Below, piece by piece: positions 20,469 to 32,090 of a stretch of DNA of 64,000 nucleotides. The translations under genes and the position numbers were made by a program. Source of the DNA: Magallana gigas (lineage: Eukaryota). Within the stretch, counting starts at the first letter, position 1. Every line of letters begins with the position of its first letter. Under the pieces are notes generated by a model, which did not search any database, was not told the DNA's origin, and saw only the letters and a program-made list of their open reading frames with translations. The DNA is taken from the NCBI RefSeq assembly GCF_963853765.1, contig NC_088862.1, forward strand, positions 3,286,001-3,350,000. The letters are read 5' to 3'.

Positions 20469-22459
20469 ACCTACCTTACTGAGCTGGGCTATATTCCTGT
20501 ACAGCGATAAAGGCAGTGTGACCATTAGCGTGGACAGGAATATGATGAACTGTCTGTTACCTAACACAGTCCCACCGAGATTAGCTGGAAAAAGGATATC
20601 ACACTTAATCAGTTCTTGCAAACATTATCTGGGCAATATTGCACTCTAAATTAATACTGGTAATCATATCCATGTAAGAGTGTCATTAAGAGAATTCAAT
20701 CATTGAGCATTAATTACCAAATAATTTATATATCTACATTTATTATACTTTCATGTTAAATATTGAAATCTGATTGGTTTAGACAGTTTATAATTCGTTC
20801 TATTGCCTTCAGCGTTTGCACCACACTTGGCAACAGGTAACACTATATAAATAGTGCCTGTTTGGGAGGGTAACAGAGAAAAACATTGTCAACCGACGCG
20901 AAGCGGAGGTTGACAATGGTTTTCGAGGGGTGTCAATTTCAACTGTTATCCTCCCAAACAGGCACTATTTATTTTGTTATACTGAATGTCTTAATTTTTA
21001 AGAAAATTTTACTGCTTTTATATAGGAATAACATGAATTCGACAGCGAACCGTACGCGCATAATTTTCGCGCATGTAACAATTTGTAATGATACCCATTG
21101 CTAAGTGCGTTGCTAACGCTGAGGGTAATAGAACGGATTATGAACGGTATCTTAACCAATCAGATTTCAGTATTTAACATGAATTCAAAGTATAACAAAA
21201 CAAATTGTGACATATGTGCTTGAACTATGCGCTTACTGTTCACCGTAGAATTCATGTCATTCCTAATAATTAAAAGAAGTTAATTTTTTTTTGGAATTAA
21301 GGCATTCAGTATAATAAAATAAATAGGGCCTGTTTAGAAAGGTAACAGTTGAAATTCAGACACCCCTGGAAAACCATTGTCAACCTCAGTTTGATTCGGT
21401 TGACAATGGTTTTCTTGGGCATTTCAATTTTCACTGTTACCCTCCCACACAGGCAATATTTATATAGTACTAACCAATATGCTACATGTCTTAGAGATTT
21501 GTTTTAGAATTAGAAATTCATATTTAGACTAATGATTCACCACTACATGTATATTTACATGTTCTTTTATGGAACTCTCAAAATGTATATTTAGTTACCA
21601 TATAAATAAACAAAGCAAATAATAAATTTATACTTCTCCCTCATAATAATGATCAAGCAAGACTAATGTGATGTCAATTTGAAATTTCTTTAAAATTCTG
21701 ATTAGTAACAAATTTAAGGAAAATTCGTACAGTTAACAAATTTTAAAGGAAATGGTCAAGCCGATCTGATGGATTTATTTGGCTGTCACAAAAAAGTTTG
21801 TGGACAAAAAAGCATAAATATTATTTGTTTGTGCAAACTGGTGTGCTTCTATTAAAAAAAAGCATGTTTGTGAAGGTAACAGTTCAAATTGGCATTCCTG
21901 CATGGAAAACCATTGTCAACTGAAGCAAAGCGCATAAAACAATTGGTCGTGTTACCTGTTGCCAAGTGTGTTGCTAATACTGAGGGTAATAGAACGGATT
22001 ACCAACAGCATCTAACCCAATCAGATTTCAGTATTTAAGATGAAGAATAATTAATAGAATACAATGTGACCTGCATTAAAATGTTTTAATTTGCCAGACT
22101 TCTAAATGTTGTAAAATTAATTATCATGAGAAAAAAAGTCTTAATTTCTCTGCTTCTAATGATAAAAAATTAAGTTTAACAGCTTCATAACAATTCAGTA
22201 GATATACTAGTATAACTTAGTTTAAGGAACAGTTTATATTTTATTCTGAGTTTTTCAAAGCATTATAAACAACCTACTTAATGATAAAAATAAAGAACCT
22301 ATAAAATTGATTCTGTATTTAGAGATCTATGTAAACCTAACCTGTTTTGCCAATCCTGACAATAATCTTTGTGATCGTGTCTCCTATGATGACGTTGTAA
22401 CTTATCATGGCTGAAACGAAGAGGGTTCAAAATATCAAACATATGGCAATCATAAGTCC

Positions 22460-22502
<43 letters not shown>

Positions 22503-25500
22503 ACTGTAAACCACTGTAATTCCTAACAATTTAACTTTAAAATTTAGCAATCTGGTCTGCAGCAATTAATTTTTGCAACCAAACTTGCATTTCCCATTTT
22601 TATTCAATAAAAAAGACATTAAAGGTCTAATTTACTGATATATATGTTCAACAACAAGGTTTTTATGATATTTGTTGAATTTCCTCAAGTTTATTCACTG
22701 AATAGAATTGTAGTGATTATTGGACATATTCCATGTAATGAAGAAAGAATGAATAGATAGAAAAAAGAACAATGGCATAGTAAGGATTTAGACAGAGATG
22801 ATAGGACAACAAAATAAAATTCATTAATAGAGATAAATACTTAATAATTCCATGATTCAATCGTTTTACGTCAAATCACAAGAATATAAAACAGCAATGT
22901 TATTTTTTTTTTCATTGTTTCATTTAGGTTACATCTGTTTCTAAAAAAGCAAGATTTCAAAATTTGCTAGATAATAAGCTAATCTCACAATTTTACGCAG
23001 ATATTAATTCCTCGCATTTAGTTAGGAATCTAAAGTACGTCTGGACAAATAATTATATTTGGCATGTTCAATATTTGACAAAAAATTATTGTTCACCCTA
23101 TTAGCATGAATTTGAATTAATAAGGTATTTCTAAATGCACCTATCATTAATATACACATATGCAAGACAATCAGCTATGAACTAAATTAAGTGAAACCTG
23201 TTTTCTGCCAAAAACGCTAAAATAAAGTACACAGTTAAATGTAATACATGTACAGTACATCACAGAGTTTTGCCCATAGAGAATTATTCCACTCACCTAT
23301 AAGGGGATACAGGAACTGTAACAGTGTCAAAAGATAAAACCCGGGCCGCCCACAGGCCACCATTATCATATCCTACAAAAACACGAGTTCATTGTCAAAC
23401 ACTAACAAAGTCATCATTATTTGTGAATTAATTTATAACTTTTGGTCACACTGTAAACCAAATTTTGTCAGCGCCATACTGTCGTTGTTGTACTGTTGTC
23501 ATTACAAGACAGGCCTGGATAAGACTTCGTCGTGATTGCTGCGAAACACTTTATCGGAAGTAATTTAACGCGAAATAAAGTCTTCACCAATAAAAGTTGG
23601 TTTACAGTAAAAGGGAAAAGAAAATCCTTATAACTTAAGTTAGATTCCGAATGTCTTCTATGAATTTTATTTTCAAAGTATTCAACAACAAAAATATACT
23701 AAATATCAGTAGTTAAAATGATAATTACTTGGTAGCTATCTGTGTTTGATAATTTTCCTGCCTCCACAAGGAGAATGATTGAATAGTCTGAAATTAGAAA
23801 CAAAAGTTAAAATTCATGATTTTTTAGGTTTTCAATTCTCCATCTTCATTGTTAAATATTAATTATTTATAAATAAGCATTATAAATCAATAAAACTCCC
23901 ACAGCAAGTCAATAGGTGAAAACTTTATATTGAATTTCTGCATTGTTAATGTCCATGTAATTACATACTTAATGATTCTTGTATAGAAGTAATATGTACC
24001 AGCTATACACGAAATGTAATGTATTAGATCCCATTATCAAAATCAACAAAAAGAAAATGTCCCAGCTTCTTAAAATGAAGGAAGAAAAATCTTCGAAGAT
24101 TGTAATCGAATATCTTACCATTAACTACTGCGGTGAAAATCAGCAGAAAAATTCCCATTCCAAATCCAGCTTGTTTTAGGGCAAAAGGTATACCTATTCC
24201 ATAGAAGAAAAAACCAAAATCATTTTCAATATATGCAACTTCTTTCCCCATCCTACCAGGCAATTGAAATTTGGGTTGCCCATAGATGTTCCTTGTGCGG
24301 AGAGATCCAAGAGTGAAATACGTGTAATATTAAACACAATCAAATTAAACACTACTGAAAAAAGTATTTAGGCCTTTGAGAAAATAGTATATAAATTATG
24401 TAGTGCAAAAGAGAACATCTTTTTTATCTAAAGATGAACAGAAATCATTTTTACTATAATCTTAATACATGTAGATGCAAATAAATTATAAAATATTAAG
24501 TATTCATTAACAAGTACTTTAGCTCAGATAAGGGTTTAAAATTTTTGTCATTGGTTACAATTACATGTAATTACTTGTCATTGGTTGCCATTACATGAAA
24601 TTACTTGTCACTGGTTACAATTACATGTAATTACTTGTCAATGGTTAAAATTACATGTAATTACTTGTCACAGTCTATTTTGAATTTCATTTCATTTATG
24701 TCACAAAATTACCATTGAAATGGACCTGTTCAGTAAATGTGCATGAGGCTAAAGGGAGTCCTAGTGGTGTAGTCTAAAGGGAGTCCTAGTGGTGTAGTCT
24801 AAAGGGAGACTCTAATTTCAAATGTTAAACTTTATTTGATTAGAATTGAAACTTTGCATGGAACATTTATAGTGGTAATCTAGGCTTTATCATAAAATTA
24901 AATACAACTTTTATTGAGTTAGCTCCCAAGGAGTCCCATCAGTGTTCTTTTTCTCCTATTAAACTCGATGTAAATGAGCTGCATGAACATTTATTGACAC
25001 ATAGATATTGTTCAGATTGAATTTTCTATCAAAAGTTTCATAATATCCAAAATGTTAAGATAAAAAAATTAATTTTCTTTGTGAATGAATTAATTGCAAT
25101 AACGGTATACATTCATAGTTAATCATCTTTTGGGGGAAATGCATTATACCCTCAGCGTAATCACATGATAAGCGCAGTACTAATTATCATTCAAGAAGAG
25201 GGGCGAATGCAAGCAGACGTGTATACAGACAAGGAAGGTGAATATGCATGTTTCCTATTTGCTTAAAATCCATCAAACAACCCACTTCACACATCAATTA
25301 TCTGGCATATAAATAAAGTGTTTCAAGATAATTGCAGAAACTGCTTTATTGCAGGGCATTTTGATAAAATTTAGTGAATTGCGACAAAACAGCAATAGTT
25401 AAATAAATGTCAATTATTTTCTACTATGATCTAAAACTGCACCAAACTAGATTAGTTTGCCCTGCTAAAGAACATGCATGCACAGTCAACATGACAGGAG

Positions 25501-28500
25501 AGATAATTTATAAGTTATACCAATAATTCCCGATCCTATAATGGAGTTGATGAAGTTAAATGCCGTCATAGGAATACCGCCGCGTAGCACGCTGTCCCTA
25601 CGCTCTAGTTCCACTAGCTGCTTCGTGTCGCTGGCGTAGCTCATCTCGGACGCCTCAGACTGTAAGGTAAAGGTACAGATCAGGCATAAAGTTGTAGAAA
25701 AGGTTCCTTGAAATTCATGCTCGAACACTTTTGGGGAAAAAATTCACATAGCATCATTAAATTAATGTACTCTGTAAGAAATATGATTATTATACTGTCA
25801 CTGGAATCATTTAAATTCATGGGGACCAATTTACGTGGATTGTTGGTTTTTTGCTTATTTGTTGGGATGTTAATTCGTGGATATGTTGGTAAGAAAACGA
25901 ACTCTTTCAAAACATGTTTTCGTGGAGGATGTAAATTTGTGGGGGAAGGCTACCCACGAATACCACGAAAATTGAGCCTCCATGAATTTTAATGATTCCA
26001 CAGTATTAGATGCATATTTTAATGAAGTAATAACTATAAATTATGAAGGAATTGTAAAAAGAAATTGTGCTTAGCTTCCAATATTCAAAACAGTCATATA
26101 GAACAATCAATTGAACAGTTTGCATCCCTCCCTCAGTCTCTTTCTCATTTTCTCTCTCTCTTTCTCTCTGTCTCTCTGTCTCTCTCTCTCCAATTGACTT
26201 TGCTTACAGGCTCAGTCACCATATGCCAATGCAATATGATATTTAAATTGAATCATGGATTGCAATGATTTATAACAGAGGAAGCCCTACTCAAGTGTTC
26301 ATATTACACATAAAATCAATAGCAGGCAAAGTTTTAGTATTGTACAGATGAAAATGGAAGAGTATATATATCCAGATTGTTACTCTGAAGTAGAAAAAAG
26401 TCCATTAGCAAAGAACACTACTCACTTTGAGACATTTATTCTACTGCCAAGGAGATTTCTATATATAATCTGCATAAAAATGTGGACACCCTATTGTGTC
26501 ACCTTTCGTGTTTCCTGGGTTCAACAATCAATAGAAGTTTTTTTTATACTTGCTGTGAAAAATTAATTAAGCTTTGACATTAATGCTTGCATAGGTTAAA
26601 ATTAACTTCACAAGGCATCCTTTCCCTTCGGAGGAAAGGACTGAATTTTTTTTGCAAAAATATAATTGTAGCCTCAAACTTTTTCTTATTTCAGCTGACT
26701 GATTTAACTGTAAATTCCTAATTAAACGCGAGGAATTTATATCCACGTAAAATCGCGAGAAGCACCCCTCACGGATTTTTAAATCTCGCCATTATTTTCT
26801 GAGAGTTTGGAACTATAAGAAATGTGGATGAATGATCAGCGTTTGCGATTTTATATTCTCGCGATTTGATACAAAACAGTAGGATCCTGGAAATAAGTAT
26901 AAGGAATTTACAGTATCATCCTAATTACACAAAAGAATAACAAGAGTTCATAAAGACTGCAGGCAAATCCCTGCCAGGAGCAGATATCTGATTGGATGAG
27001 TAAATTAAGGGTCATTTGGTGGTGACCTTTTATTGGGTGACTTCAGATCCTTGTGAACTGATGAAAAACTTCCACCAGTTTAGAACTTTCAAATGTAATC
27101 ACAATATTTAACCAAATAATAGCTTTTAAAAATATTTGGAGAGATAAAATTTGTAAAAAACCCCAGCGGGATTCGAACTCATGACTTACATAGTAGTATA
27201 CCCTCTAAACCACTGCGCTACTCTGTTAGTTGACAGATAGGTGACAAAATTGGGAAAGAAACTACTTATATAATTATACACTTGGATTTAATTGTTTATT
27301 TGAAGTGTCCCATACCACCGTAAATCCCTCTAAGTGTTCCTGATCTGCTTGTCACATGATCAAAAAGAACTTATCAATATCACCAAATTATAACAAACAT
27401 AAAGGCCCCGGCCAATAAAAATAAAATAACTCATGCACCCAACAAGAGGTATAAGACAGAACTCAAGAGAACACATTAAGAACAAAATCACCATATGAAT
27501 GTCAATTAAAAATTGTTATCTTTATGGAGACTTTATTATCTATAGTAGGCCAAGAAGGCTGGAGGCTCATCTATTACAATGGATATGTCAAAGTGATTTG
27601 TAAGTCCCAGCCACGTATTTTTTAACTTTTCTACCCTCGATATCTCAAATACTTGGATATCTCGACGTTTTTAAACAGTCCCATCTAGTTCAAGATACTG
27701 AAGTTTGCCTGTACAATAATTTTGGTCTTTATCCATACATTTTTCTTTAGTTATAAAAAAAAATCCAACGTTTATACTTGTTTCCTATCATATCGCAGGT
27801 TCTATGATATCGCAGTATTTCTGTTTACGAATAGTAGCCATTGACATTTGACGTCAGGATTTTTTTTAGACATTATTAGTAAACAAAGGCACACTGAACA
27901 TCACTGAGGTATAAAATAGAGGAAACTCACAATAACATTTGTTTCTGGAAATATTTCCGTATTGATAGATTTTTCGACTAAATGATATAACTACCGCGAT
28001 ACCATAGGACCGGCTCATACACTTTGAATATTTTACAATAGATCTTCATTAAGGGCTCTTCATCTCAAGGAGATAAATATTGTCTAAAATTGCTACAACT
28101 ATCAAGCTCTCTTAATGTTAGGGTCCTTAACACTTATTCACTATAAAACTAAAAAAGAATTCAAGTCCAGGATGAAGAGGCCCATGCACACCATTTACCA
28201 GCCAGTGTTTACAGTATATTAAAAATTACTAGTAGTGTTTTCATAGCTTTATGTATTTCATAGCTCAATGGGGTACTTATACAAGTTGGTCAGCAAAAGT
28301 ATCACATTAGGTTTTAATCTACGTCATGTCAAGGTTACTCATGTGTGGTTGGTAGTTGTATTTTTACTATAACAAAAGAAATCCATTCATACATTAAACA
28401 AAGAAAACCTGCAGAAAATTCTCTTTTATGTTAGTAATTAATCATTCAAATATAGTGTTCACCTGCCTAGCAGCAATTTCATTATACATATTAAGCAGGA

Positions 28501-30861
28501 TTCTAGCTATATATAGCTGCTCATCAACTAGATTTAGAATTCGAACTAAATAAGGAATAAGAAATCATTCTTTGTGTATTATGAGGTGATAATTTCAGTC
28601 GGGGCGTGAATCAAATCCAATAGGGCTTTATGATAGATTTGATCACGCCCTGACCGAAATTATCACCTCATAATATTCAAAGAATGATTCCTTATTACTT
28701 ATATTTATATAATTTTCAGCCATCGCACGATTAAGTTTTTAAATATAAATAAGCAAACGCTGCTGGCTCCTCAATTTGGTGTCTTTGTATTATGCGTTAT
28801 ATAGTACAAAAACGATACGTAGTGTTATCACAGGCAAATACACTGGAAAATGTAAATGTTATGTGATATATGGAAGACCAAGTTGTATAATGTACATGGC
28901 AAACATAACATTGCAAGCACCAATCATTTCTCTTAATTTTATAATGATTGCAATTAACTGTCAAAAAAATAAAAGCAATATTCAAAAATTTGCAAGGTGT
29001 ACTTCTCACAATTTTACACAAATATTCCTTACATTTAATTATAGGAATCTGCAGTACCCTTAAGCGAGCTATGTTTCTAACAAACTATTGAAAACACTAC
29101 CAGCATTAGCATTTTGTAGTTCACCGCAAACTACCGATACCAACCTGACTGACCGTTTCAGCTCCTCCCAGTGAATTCTGGGTAGAATTATCTGCCTGCG
29201 ACATTACAAATAATACGGGTAAAGATCACAAATGTCTAAGACACTCAGAGCACATGACACTATAGAATGTATTCTGGTTTCAGATCTAACAAAGATCGAT
29301 AATTTCTCCAAGCATAAAGAATAAGATGTTCAAGATATCCATAAAATTGAATTGCAAATCTGCTGCACATAACATGAGTTATGTGAAGGATTTAATTGTA
29401 ACTGTAGATTTATTACAGCTGATACAGGCCGACCGTATGTGTTAAGAGAGATGACATTTCCTGATCTATATTTACATGGACAAGATGACTATAGCCACTA
29501 TATATGTCCATGTAACATCAGTCATCCACTGTAGGACGCATGTTAAATAAAATAATTAAACCACTAAACTTTCAATGGATGCTGGGATTGCTTTAGATAG
29601 TAAATTTTTGTACCTTTCATTTGACAAAAAAAAATAAATATGGCATTCAAGGCAAACATTTAAGTCCATTAAAGATACACATGATACATGTAAATTTATA
29701 TATACATTTGTATACTGAATTGATTGATTTACTTCAGTAAAACAAGAATAACTATAAATAAGCCCCCCAAAAAATATTCAACTTTTTCTAAAACCTAACA
29801 GCAAACAAAAGAAAACTTTGAAATTATCTTAGAGCATCGATGATTAGGCTTCATTAGGTCCAATCAATGACAAAGGATCGGGTGATTAATGGCCGACTGT
29901 GTATATACGCCCCCACCAATCAATAACAATCCCCGTTACATCATCTTAAGTTAGTGTTTCCTGCACTCAAACAGTTTTACACACCATTAACGTCTGCTAA
30001 AACACATCAGACCAGTATTAGTCTGGCTATCTTAAATTATCAATAATGCTTTGCGGAATAAATAATTTTTCTTTTAAAAAATATCGTTTACATTTCCATG
30101 GATCGATCATTTGAAGTCTGAGGTTTAAGAAATTAGTGTAAAAAAAAATTGACAGCTCTTTGCATTAAAGCATTATTACATGTAATTATTGTAATTGACA
30201 AAAGAATTATTTATTTTTTATCATGGGACATATCTACCAATGGATATAATAACACAGTTGGAAGCAATGTTACATGTAAAACGAATCTGCATTTTAGGTC
30301 GCACAAAGTTAATTCCATACATTTAACGTCATTTCAATGCTATTTTATTTACAATAAAACAAATGCAGTGAGTATTCAAGCTACATGTAGGCTACTTCTT
30401 TAATAGTTGTCTTCCCTAAAAATCCTATTGACTATCTGATCTATAGGCCATAATGTGCTCTAAACATTTCGAATTTCTACAGATTGCAGTATTTTAGTAT
30501 AATTGAACTGATCAAATTAAAATAGGGGTTTGTTTGTTTTTTTCAAAACCAAATTTCTCCAAAACCTAAGCGAACATGTTACGTTAAACGCAGAATTAAC
30601 TTAAGACAGCCTTATAGGCAAGGCTACAACAGCAGCAGATAAAACAGTAATCAGGGCTGGATATTCACAATTGTGGGAAAATAGTTTTCCCCTAAATTTG
30701 AAAATTATATATTATCATGAGTATATAGCAGACTGCCTGCCCATTTTAAACTTGAATAATATCAAGTGCAGAAACTTGAAGGTCATGTCTACCTGACTTC
30801 TTCCCAGTATGAAAGAGTTCTCTCCCTTTTGGGTTCCCGCACCAGAGCTGTTTTCTTCCAT
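15300..30861 (-). CDS. SLC38A11: Sodium-coupled neutral amino acid transporter, SLC38A11-like; join 30861-30793, 25659-25521, 24193-24119, 23787-23729, 23372-23297, 22410-22342, 20584-20475, 19738-19659, 18419-18349, 17739-17578, 17337-17225, 16252-16115, 15590-15300 (1452 nt, 483 aa)
   Basis: Thirteen GT-AG exons with consistent phases. Motifs FNFINSIIGSGIIG-IPFALKQAG, AMISYNVIIGDT, LPLSLYRNI, AVGIMAFAYMCHHNTFLI, GDLLENYC, LTYPIECFVTRE match the SLC38 family and the A11 subtype from memory. Confidence 0.9.
16115..16252 (-). CDS. SLC38A11: SLC38A11 coding exon 12 (VIENAFFP...CLGIVLTFN)
   Basis: ttcaacag / gtaagt, phase 0 to 0; absent from the ORF track. Confidence 0.9.
16739..17110 (+). mobile_element. 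Non-autonomous element ending in a 143-bp palindrome (16963-17105); putatively Crypton-like
   Basis: Near-perfect arms ataaatagtgcctgtttggga...aaaaccattgtcaacc around ccgcttcgcg; further copies at 20743-21195, 21227-21469 and 21861-22050. The superfamily label is from recollection only. Confidence 0.7.
17225..17337 (-). CDS. SLC38A11: SLC38A11 coding exon 11 (GDLLENYC...FVTRE)
   Basis: cttaacag / gtctgg, phase 1 to 0. Confidence 0.9.
17578..17739 (-). CDS. SLC38A11: SLC38A11 coding exon 10 (AYMCHHNTFLIHGSL...GHTQ)
   Basis: aatgcag / gtaaga, phase 1 to 1. Confidence 0.9.
17740..17870 (-). repeat. About 40-bp tandem repeat (3 extra copies) that duplicates the exon-10 splice acceptor
   Basis: Unit cctacttttgtac...gcag|catacatgtgtcac recurs with the acceptor position at 17740, 17780, about 17820 (AG lost) and 17857. 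Confidence 0.85.
18349..18419 (-). CDS. SLC38A11: SLC38A11 coding exon 9 (PPTEDAW...AVGIMAF)
   Basis: gttgcag / gtgagt, phase 2 to 1. Confidence 0.9.
18502..18716. mobile_element. TA-flanked MITE (tactgtggaatcatt...aatgattccaaagta)
   Basis: Terminal inverted repeats; opposite-orientation copy at 25793-26005. Confidence 0.75.
19659..19738 (-). CDS. SLC38A11: SLC38A11 coding exon 8 (WAFLSIIFVFFILV...VKE)
   Basis: atttcag / gtaagt, phase 0 to 2. Confidence 0.9.
19757..19981. mobile_element. TA-flanked MITE (tactgtaaa...tttacagta)
   Basis: Terminal inverted repeats and CG-rich tcgcga interior; similar ends at 23449-23609 and 26707-26915. Confidence 0.75.
20406..20465. repeat. Interrupted (CT)n microsatellite
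   Basis: Direct reading; source of the ERERER ORF text. Confidence 0.95.
20475..20584 (-). CDS. SLC38A11: SLC38A11 coding exon 7 (NLGGTVLGNRQFII...QLSK)
   Basis: tttccag / gtaggt, phase 1 to 0. Confidence 0.9.
20743..21195. mobile_element. Composite of two oppositely oriented palindrome-ended elements sharing one palindrome (20847-20972)
   Basis: The head ttatactttcatgttaaata.tgaaatctgattggtt occurs forward at 20743 and inverted at 21195. Confidence 0.7.
21227..21469 (+). mobile_element. Degenerate copy of the palindrome-ended family
   Basis: ggaaaaccattgtcaacc...ggttgacaatggtttt core. Confidence 0.65.
21861..22050 (-). mobile_element. Degenerate inverted partial copy of the palindrome-ended family
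   Basis: Half palindrome plus gagggtaatagaacggatta...caatcagatttcagtattta. Confidence 0.6.
22342..22410 (-). CDS. SLC38A11: SLC38A11 coding exon 6 (AMISYNVIIGDTITKIIVRIGKT)
   Basis: gtttcag / gttagg, phase 1 to 1. Confidence 0.88.
23297..23372 (-). CDS. SLC38A11: SLC38A11 coding exon 5 (DMIMVACGRPGFYLLTLLQFLYPLI)
   Basis: tttgtag / gtgagt, phase 0 to 1. Confidence 0.9.
23449..23609. mobile_element. MITE (ctgtaaacca...tggtttacag)
   Basis: Terminal inverted repeats. Confidence 0.6.
23729..23787 (-). CDS. SLC38A11: SLC38A11 coding exon 4 (DYSIILLVEAGKLSNTDSYQ)
   Basis: atttcag / gtaatt, phase 1 to 0. Confidence 0.9.
24119..24193 (-). CDS. SLC38A11: SLC38A11 coding exon 3 (IPFALKQAGFGMGIFLLIFTAVVN)
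   Basis: ggaatag / gtaaga, phase 1 to 1. Confidence 0.9.
24545..24670. repeat. 30-bp minisatellite, about 4 copies (ttacttgtcattggttacaattacatgtaa)
   Basis: Direct reading. Confidence 0.9.
24749..24810. repeat. 25-bp tandem repeat, about 2.5 copies (ctaaagggagtcctagtggtgtagt)
   Basis: Direct reading. Confidence 0.9.
25521..25659 (-). CDS. SLC38A11: SLC38A11 coding exon 2 (SEASEM...FNFINSIIGSGII)
   Basis: ccttacag / gtataa, phase 0 to 1. Confidence 0.9.
25793..26005. mobile_element. TA-flanked MITE, family of 18502-18716
   Basis: ccatgaattttaatgattccacagta end; interior is the reverse complement of the other copy. Confidence 0.75.
26707..26915. mobile_element. MITE (ctgtaaattcct...aggaatttacag)
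   Basis: Terminal inverted repeats. Confidence 0.7.
27090..27323. mobile_element. Truncated TIR element carrying a tRNA-like A/B-box segment (27161-27222, minus strand)
   Basis: Minus strand tagcgcagtggtt...gagttcgaatccc; right end gtgtcccataccacc matches the TIR at 34305-34323; left end approximate. Confidence 0.6.
27575..27713. mobile_element. Partial inverted copy of the 14573-14751 MITE
   Basis: gtgatttgtaagtccca...ccctcgatatctc...gtcccatctagttc. Confidence 0.75.
28548..28703. mobile_element. About 150-bp palindromic end of a second palindrome-ended element family
   Basis: aatcattctttg..tattatgaggtgataatttc.gtc.gggcgtga / tcacgccc.gac.gaaattatcacctcataata..caaagaatgatt. Confidence 0.7.
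30793..30861 (-). CDS. SLC38A11: SLC38A11 probable first coding segment (MEENSSGAGTQKGENSFILGRSQ), within exon 30940-30793
   Basis: ctttcattccag acceptor, aaaATGG context, CAG|gtagac phase-0 donor compatible with the next exon. Confidence 0.7.
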
Positions 30862-30912
30862 TTTGATCAGCAAGCTCTCCTGTTCTCTGGTCTATTTATT
30901 TTATATTTTTCC

Positions 30913-30939
30913 TTAGATTTCTGATTTCTGTAGGGTCAT
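30913..30939 (-). promoter_or_regulatory. Upstream ORF (MTLQKSEI*) in the SLC38A11 5'UTR
   Basis: ATG ACC CTA CAG AAA TCA GAA ATC TAA starts at the second base of the exon and ends 51 nt before the main ATG. Confidence 0.5.
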
Positions 30940-31264
30940 ACTGGAATGAAAGGACAGAAAAATTAAATCTGATGAATCAAATACCCCAGGTAAATGCCAG
31001 CTCATTATCAAAACAATGAAATAAGATTATAAATTATTAATTTTCTAATCACAAAACCTTTTCAAACATTATAGTAAACTAAATTAATCAGTACATCTAA
31101 CTATACAAATAGTTAAATATCAACACCTGATGAGGCACGCAGTTCTTGCATGTCATATAGTTTATAACTGAAAATTCGAAACTTTAAATGGCTTATCTTT
31201 CTCTCTTGATCTCTCCATTGCTTTCTCTCTCTCCATCTGTATGTCTGTCCATCCATCTGACCAA

Positions 31265-31322
<58 letters not shown>

Positions 31323-32042
31323 ATCTGTCCCCACCCTCTTTAACCCCCCCCCCCCCCCCCCATTTAAAAATAATGAAATGTGAATAGCTAACATGAAAAA
31401 AGCAATAATTTCAATGGCATCAAATGCATTATTGATATTCAAGGAAAAACGACAATCATTATATTAAAGTAACGATACAATTTCACTTATCACCCTTTAC
31501 CTTAAAAGAGATCAATATCAGCATTTAATCAATTTCACAGCAGAAAAATGACAGTGAAAAAAAGAGAGCAAAAAGCACAAATATTGGGTGATGTACTAGA
31601 AGCTAGCTAACACAACTATCAAGTGTCCACGTCAATAATGAGTTTATTGTATATTAAATCTAGTTAGCTTCCTGCCTGCATAATCAATGAATTCAAGAAA
31701 ATAGCTTAGGCCTATAAAATAGTCACAGGAGATTTTTTAACATGTCAAAATGTATAATTAAGACATACCTCCCATCTGCTCTTCCAATATATACAAGCCC
31801 AGGGAAAACAATTAATGAATATATCAGAACCCGCTGTAGTATGGACCACAAAATGTGAACATATGGCAGTTTCTGAGAACAATAATTGGGACTATGGTGC
31901 TGTGAATGAAACACAGCTAGCGTCTCATCACAGCATATAGATCCAAACCAAATCATAAAAAGATGGAGGCCTGTAGCGTGTTGCAGGGTATTGATTTTGT
32001 GAGAGTCAGCCGACAGATTCCTATGAAGCCCATAGGGACCTC

Positions 32043-32090
<48 letters not shown>

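Noticed and set aside
22299-22565. 88-aa ORF with THTH and His-rich text
   Set aside because: Microsatellite plus an off-frame reading of SLC38A11 exon 6.
27161-27222. tRNA gene (also 34137, 35205, 48426)
   Set aside because: A and B boxes are present, but I could not fold a complete cloverleaf and all lie within repeats.
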